64,000 nucleotides of DNA from Eledone cirrhosa (lineage: Eukaryota): the NCBI GenBank assembly GCA_964016885.1, contig OZ024745.1, forward strand, positions 22,754,001 to 22,818,000, read 5' to 3'. How positions within the stretch are numbered: position 1 is the stretch's first letter; every line of letters begins with the position of its first letter. The translations under genes and the position numbers were made by a program. This document shows positions 57,224 through 64,000 of this stretch, piece after piece. The notes beneath the pieces were generated by a model. The model was given only the letters and a program-made list of their open reading frames with translations, was not told the origin of the DNA and did not search any database.

Positions 57224-57499
57224 TACTAAATATATGAGTGTGCGTAGGCACTCAGTAATTAAGATATACCTAAATATAAAATAAAAGACCATTCACCGTA
57301 CACACGCTGGCTATAGAATATAAGCCGTATCACATACTTTCATCTACATAATATATATACACAGATATAGACACATGCACACACCTTACACATCAGTGTG
57401 TATATGGCTGTATGGATATGTGTATATGCGTGTGTGTGTTTAAATGAGGATTAATACTTAATTATCCCATGCACGACACTTTAATATTTTAATCCTTTG

Positions 57500-57536
<37 letters not shown>

Positions 57537-57984
57537 AACATATATATTTATATATGCAGATATTTATATGCAATATACATATATGCATATGTATATACAC
57601 ACAGACACACATACATATTTATATATGTAAACACAAATTCACACGCACCATATATATACATATATATATACATATATACATACATACACATACACACACA
57701 CACACATATATATATATATTTATGTGTGTGTGTGCTTCCGTGCGTGCGTGTGTATGTGTATTAGGCCGATGAATTTACGTGATATAGTGAAGACAGGAAA
57801 AATGGATGGGTGTGTATGTGTGTATGTGTGTATGTGTGTATGTGTGTATGTATGTGTGTTTCTGTGTATGTATATGTGTGTGTGTGTATGTGTGTGTGCG
57901 TAGTACACCCAGAAGTTAATTATAAAAAAGGCAGAAAAATTACTAGATCGTCACAAAAAGCTCAAACAAGATTGTCCCCAATGC

Positions 57985-58143
57985 CGGCCCCAATGTAATA
58001 TCGCATGTAGGATCTGGAAAATATTCCATCAATATTTCCCAAATGATACTAGCATCGATTTTATGATTGAACCAAGACTTGGTTTCAGTGCCATCTATAA
58101 TCTACGAACATTGATCTTGCCACATACGACGGCAATACGATAA
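57985..58143 (+). mobile_element. Probable CR1-type LINE C-terminal remnant
   Basis: Translates RIWKIFHQYFPNDTSIDFMIEPRLG, resembling the IWKI....PN...I.F...PRLG tail of such ORF2s. Confidence 0.4.
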
Positions 58144-58235
58144 CAGGCGATGTTCTCTCATAGCGAAACATACCAGGGGAAAAAAGAACCCATCACATAC
58201 ATACATGCATGCATACATGCATACATACATACATA

Positions 58236-58532
58236 ATGGCTGCCTCCTCGTTATCGAGTATGGCCATTATACGATATAACATTATCAATAATTATCAATT
58301 AATTCTATCGTGCAATGCCTGTGTGTGAGCATTTTTTTAAAGTGAGGAAAGACTGTGCACTGAGCCAATTCCACTCTCTGAGCGACAGTAGCTATAACCC
58401 GAAAGAGAAAGGATCAACATCATCGGTTACTACTGCGCCGTAGGTTTTTTGAGTTGCCTTCTCCTAGAAGAATGCCCTGATAAAAGCTAGGGGTCCTTCA
58501 CTCCCAGTGGTTTAACCGCGCGATCGGGTATC
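58236..58532 (-). mobile_element. Family B 3' half
   Basis: Reverse complement of ~14425-14745. Confidence 0.65.
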
Positions 58533-58835
58533 CATAAGTATCAAGTGTAATGAAATAGATGGAATAGAGACAAAACTTGAACAAATGGGACATTACAAGA
58601 TCGGAAGAAAATCAAAGGAAGGTAATCAACTGAACAATAACAACGAAAAATTCCGATCTTCAGCCGATTTCTCTAAACTCACGGATTTTTTATAGGCAAA
58701 GAGTCGGGAAAATTTGTAATGAGGCGATAACTCTTTTTTTATTCATCTAAACTATAATAAAGTAAGGAGTACGGGACTGCATCCAGAATATATTTTTTTA
58801 TCCCGTTTGTGAAATAAGTTGGATTACTTTGAATA

Positions 58836-59002
58836 AATAATTGTTTCTACTTTTGGCACAAGGCCAGCAATTACCCAGTGTGTTACTGGTAGTTTATTTT
58901 ATCGATCCCATAAGGATGAAAGGCAAAGTTAACCTCGGCGGGATTTGAACTGAGAATGGCAAGGGCCGTAACTCTCTGCGTCAAAGCATGGCGTCCGACC
59001 CT
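58836..59002 (-). mobile_element. tRNA-derived SINE (same family)
   Basis: Homologous sequence; gaataaataat is repeated at both ends. Confidence 0.78.
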
Positions 59003-59202
59003 TTGAATAAATAATGAATGAATATTACATAATTTATCTACTAAATTTCGTGGCTGTTCATTAAATATATTTTATTACTTATTTAAAGAGTCACTTCTTT
59101 AAATTTTTCAAATGTCAACACTTCCGGTTAGCGAACGCTTAAATAAATACATTTATATTTTTTAAATAAGACACCAGTTGCATTTTCTATTTCATCTTTT
59201 TT

Positions 59203-59236
<34 letters not shown>

Positions 59237-59283
59237 CATATACAGAGAGAGAGAGAGAGAGAGCGAGCGAGAGAGAGAGAAAG

Positions 59284-59318
<35 letters not shown>

Positions 59319-59706
59319 AGAGAGAGAGAGAGATTCTTGGAAACAATCGTATCGCCTCTTCATAGAGTTTCTGTAAGACCTATAATTTCGATTTTCTTTT
59401 TAAATTATTATTATTGTTTTTAAAACTTCGATAAGCATATGCTCAGACCAATAACATTCCTCTTGACAGCAATGGAAGTGTTGAGAGAAGTTTTAGATAC
59501 CTTTCCACGCTACCGAACACTCCACCTTGATACGCCTCATTAGCTTTATACATATCCTCATATTCAAATATCGTATTTTGCAGTTTGTCTACATATGCAC
59601 ACTAAGAAACTAAATAGACATGCACAAATATATATACAAGTACAAATGCACACACCTTTGCATATACATTACATACATACACACATACACACATATATAT
59701 ATATTC

Positions 59707-59804
<98 letters not shown>

Positions 59805-60048
59805 ATGTACATATACACATATATACATATACATATACATTCATACACATATACACACGTACATACACACATACATATACATAAATACACACATACGTAC
59901 ATACATACATATATATACATACATATATACATATACACACATACATACACACATACATATACATAAATACACACATACATACATACATACATATACATCC
60001 ATATACTCATACATACACATATACATATACATACATACATATATATAC

Positions 60049-60167
60049 ATGGTGGCTGCCAACTCGTTTTCGAGTACGGCCACTACTTTATATCCATGTA
60101 GGAGAACCCCTACCGATGCGCTGAACGAGTGTGACTTTTTAGTCCAGTCAGTGACTTGAAAACTCTG
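60049..60167 (-). mobile_element. Family A 3' fragment
   Basis: ggtggctgccaactcgttttcgagtacggcc... Confidence 0.7.
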
Positions 60168-60257
60168 TATGTGTATATGTATGTATGTATATGTATATAT
60201 ATATGTATATGTGTATGTGTGTATGTATATATATGTATGTATGTATGTATGCATATG

Positions 60258-60288
<31 letters not shown>

Positions 60289-60307
60289 GTGTATGTATGT
60301 ATATATG

Positions 60308-60924
60308 TACTGGGATACATGTTACCAGTAGCACCAGTTAGACCAGTAGCACCAGTAGATCCTGTCTCATGGTCGGGTCGTTGGCGACTAAACTGGCAAC
60401 CCCACCAAGGTTTCTTGGTGAGGAGGGTGACTTTGGACATCCTGCAGGACTAAAAACAAAGCATGTCAAAGGGCAAAGGAGCTCTTAAGAGTCAATGGCC
60501 ATCCAAAATCACCGGGAGAGATAACCCCTTAGCCTTTGTCAAGGCAGAATTCTAGGAGAAGGAAAACTCTGATATAACACCTGCAACCCTGATGGTATCC
60601 AATGATGTTGACTTATTCGTCTTTTTGTTAAATATCATCTTGGTTAAGAGAGTGGGACTGGCTTTGTGCAGTGCCTTTGCTCGCTATAAAAGCTTCACGG
60701 CACAGACATTGCTTTATATCTGGAGATCTCTCTGCACTTGTCGTCACATGGTACCATGGGCCCAGCACTATGTGTCAATAATTGTCACAAGTGTAGTGTT
60801 TGTACCAGAGTTTTCAAGTCGCTGGCTGGACTAAAAAGTCACACTTGTTCAGTGCATCGGTAGGGGTTCTCCTACATGGATATAAAGTAGTGGCCGTACT
60901 CGAAAATGATTTGGCAGCCACCAT
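60308..60924 (+). mobile_element. RTE-derived SINE-like repeat, family A
   Basis: Homologous to the other copies; (TATG)n tail. Confidence 0.72.
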
Positions 60925-61240
60925 GTATGTATGTATGTATGTATGTATGTATGTATGTATGTATGTATGTATGTATGTATGTATGTATGTATGTATATAT
61001 ATTCTCTTCCATTTGGCCAAATTCCAAATAATACGCCAAGGAAGAACTGAGTAGGATTACCTTGTAGTTAGTAAACGAAGAATTTGGATGCAGTTGCTCT
61101 CAAATCTCGTTCTGGTGAGTATATAGATTCATACGAGATTTCACATAGCGGTAGAATGCTGTAGAGTTGATATCTTATTGTCTGCTGACCCCCGTATACA
61201 TTTATGTATGTGTCTGTACACCTATGTATGTATGTATGTG

Positions 61241-61271
<31 letters not shown>

Positions 61272-61436
61272 GTAGAGAATTAGTACATCTACCAACATAT
61301 GCGTACAGATGTACACTAATGCTAGCAAATATATAAGTTATGTCATAGTACCTAGGTGGTTCTATGCAGGGGGATGCCGAACAATTATATGAAAGACGTA
61401 AAATAAGAAAATTTTAAAAATTAAAAATTAACTTAC

Positions 61437-61475
<39 letters not shown>

Positions 61476-61476
<1 letters not shown>

Positions 61477-61678
61477 TATCACATAAGAAACGGAGAATCA
61501 GTGGGTCGACGAATTAGAATTTATTAGACATATTACAATCGTTTCTCGAGGTACGATCGATGCGAGTATCGAACATGGCATCGTTCGTACCTCGAGCTGG
61601 TCGCCAGAGAAACGATTGTAATATGTCTAATAAATTCTAATTCGTCGCACCACTGATTCTCCGTTTCTTATGTGATAT
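61476..61678. repeat. ~200-bp inverted repeat with hammerhead-like 3' half (GAAA-cgattg-TA)
   Basis: atatcacataagaaacggagaatcagtgg / ccactgattctccgtttcttatgtgatat, with an inner ctcgaggtacga/tcgtacctcgag hairpin. Confidence 0.75.
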
Positions 61679-61751
61679 TATACTCTGCTCTGTAAGAGCA
61701 TCGAGTGCTCAAACGGCCTACCGCATACGGACGCTTTTAAGCATCCCACAC

Positions 61752-61794
<43 letters not shown>

Positions 61795-62019
61795 AGGGAG
61801 TGTAACTTGGAGTTACTGTAGGTTCACCCGGGTGAGTACTCGATGTTTAGGTTCACCAACTTATCACCACTACACCCACCCACCCACATACTCTACAGGC
61901 ACAAACATCCCTATGAATTAACCCACCAATCAAAACAAACTTCACTGATAGGAACACCATAGGAATATCAGACTTTCTCATACGGCATGTATATTCCTTT
62001 TTCCATTGCCATTATAAGG

Positions 62020-62104
62020 GGTCTGACGAGCCGCGGTTTACAGAGTCTGGATAGATCGATACAGATCGAACTTTGAGCTGATCAGTGGCGAAACGCGCGT
62101 CACC
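62020..62104 (+). ncRNA. Type I hammerhead with canonical core and long stem II insert
   Basis: ggt-CTGACGA-gcc-(~55 nt)-ggc-GAAA-cgcgcg-TC-acc; G-C closing pair, palindromic stem III, GUC triplet. Confidence 0.75.
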
Positions 62105-62288
62105 AAACAATAAACGTTATATACAGTGAAATAAAATAACAAGGACAATTGGTTACTCCTTCATTACTTTTATACGTTTATTGCTCTGGTCTATTTGGTC
62201 GATGGAGCGCTTGTCAGCACAACTCGGATATTGCGTTTCGCTTTGGTTTCGACCACAGCCGAAATCCGAATCTCGCTGAAATGATATT

Positions 62289-62353
<65 letters not shown>

Positions 62354-62521
62354 TCAATAGTATCAATTGCTCACATTGGTACCAATTCTAGTAATCAACA
62401 AAACTTCTAAATAAATTTTATATAGGGTGATATTGAAGGAGTGACGCTATAAAATATATATACATAATAAACATACATACGCACTCACGCACAGAAATAC
62501 ACACACACACACATGCACACA

Positions 62522-62610
<89 letters not shown>

Positions 62611-62794
62611 GCATACACATACACACACTCCCACACATGCAAATATATATATGCTTCAGCTCCATCTTCGCATAAATCTCCCACATGCCTAAATATTTTC
62701 ATGACACAACTAGCCACACCTTGTGGCCCACCAGCGGTGGGCAGTTGTGTGTTCCCTTTGATACTAAACAACACGCGTCTGCTTATAAGATATA

Positions 62795-62987
62795 CGAGGA
62801 TCGGCTGAAAGGTTTATAGACTCAAAAGTTTATATTTTGACTAAGATACTCTCATGGAATGACCAAATGAGGTTTATTTATCAACAATGCAGTTATTAAT
62901 AAGAAGAGTTGAAATTAATACATTCAAAATCACAACTCTAGCATCACCCCTTCTTTGTCAGCCTATGAACATTTCTGCCGACCCTCG
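62795..62987. mobile_element. Tc1/mariner-type MITE
   Basis: TA|cgaggatcggctgaaaggtttatagact ... agcctatgaacatttctgccgaccctcg|TA. Confidence 0.7.
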
Positions 62988-63014
62988 TAAATCCTCTGAT
63001 ATATTTGAATTAAA

Positions 63015-63194
63015 TTGGCAGTATCGGTAGAGGGTAGGACGCTATGCTTTGACGCATAGAGTTAAGGCCCTTGCCATTCTGAGTTCAAATCCCGCCGAGG
63101 TTAACTTTGCCTTTCATCCTTACGGTGTCGATAAAACAAAGTACCAGTAATGCACTGGTAATTGCTGGCCTTGTGCCAAAAGTAGAAACAATTA
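63015..63194 (+). mobile_element. tRNA-derived SINE (same family)
   Basis: ttggcagtatcggtagag...gagttcaaatcccgccgagg...agtagaaacaatta. Confidence 0.8.
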
Positions 63195-63824
63195 TATGTT
63201 GCAAGTTTTCCTTAAGTCATGTTCCAAACAGCGATGACAATATTATATATTTTATTAAATTCCTCAGAATTCTTGATTATTTTCAAAATTAATTTTTATA
63301 AAAAAATAGACAATGCATTTTATAAGAAACTTGGTCACAAAATGTTTAAGAACAATTGATATAGACCGACCAGTTTAATGCCAAATCCTTATATGGTATT
63401 GTATCAGAGTTTAGCCGTGTCCATATCGTGAGAAGGCGGAACAGATGAAGAATGCTATCATTGATGGTGGTGGTGGTGGTGGTAGTGGTGTGGTGGCGGT
63501 GTTTGTAATTGTGAAGGTAGTATTGTTGTGGAGACGGCTTAAAATATCCTTTTATTTTCTTAATTTTATTTTGGTTTTTATTTTACTTTATTTTATTTTA
63601 TGTTTATTTTTACCTGTGACAAATCAAAAATCTAAATATGGTCTCCATTACCGCCGACGGCAAGGAAATCGGACTCCTGTGTTCGATCTATAAAGTGGAT
63701 TCGTCACCCATTGACGTAGGTCCGCCGTCTTAAACATTTACTCACGAAACAGACAGGTGAGTCAGGTATGATTTAAGTTTCAGAAATGTGTGAATACGTG
63801 TGTATATGAGTGTGTGTGTGTATG

Positions 63825-63898
<74 letters not shown>

Positions 63899-63899
63899 C

Positions 63900-63932
<33 letters not shown>

Positions 63933-64000
63933 TGTGTATGAATGTACATATAGCTTTATATATATCTTGTAGTAGTAGTAGCAGCAGCAGCAGCAGCAGC

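Noticed and set aside
63614-63687. Possible minus-strand exon (tttatag|ATCGAA...CACAG|gtaaaa; IEHRSPISLPSAVMETIFRFLICH)
   Set aside because: Splice-like ends only; unrecognisable peptide and no partner exons.

Overview
Repeat-saturated, AT-rich eukaryotic (animal) DNA. The tRNA-derived SINEs and the very dense (TA)n/(CA)n/(TATG)n microsatellites suggest an octopus or other coleoid cephalopod; this is an inference. No host protein-coding gene can be supported, and almost all ORFs in the track are microsatellite artefacts. Content: (1) A head-to-tail stack at ~29.15-42.5 kb of six minus-strand insertions (three near full length, three 5'-truncated) of an R4/Dong-clade non-LTR retrotransposon (RT, CCHC knuckle, PD-D restriction-like endonuclease), each separated by (TAA)n. 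The third long copy shows a marked sense-strand A-to-G substitution skew. (2) Many short non-coding elements sitting in (TA)n that carry type I hammerhead ribozyme motifs (CUGANGA...GAAA...UH, often with palindromic stem III), arranged as tandem or inverted repeats. They include a 474-bp tandem retrozyme-like family at three loci, and decayed Penelope-like GIY-YIG fragments lie nearby. (3) RTE-derived bipartite SINE-like repeats in (TATG)n, tRNA-derived SINEs, MITEs, and 19/21/33/39-bp minisatellites. Comparisons and counts were made by eye, so boundaries are approximate.
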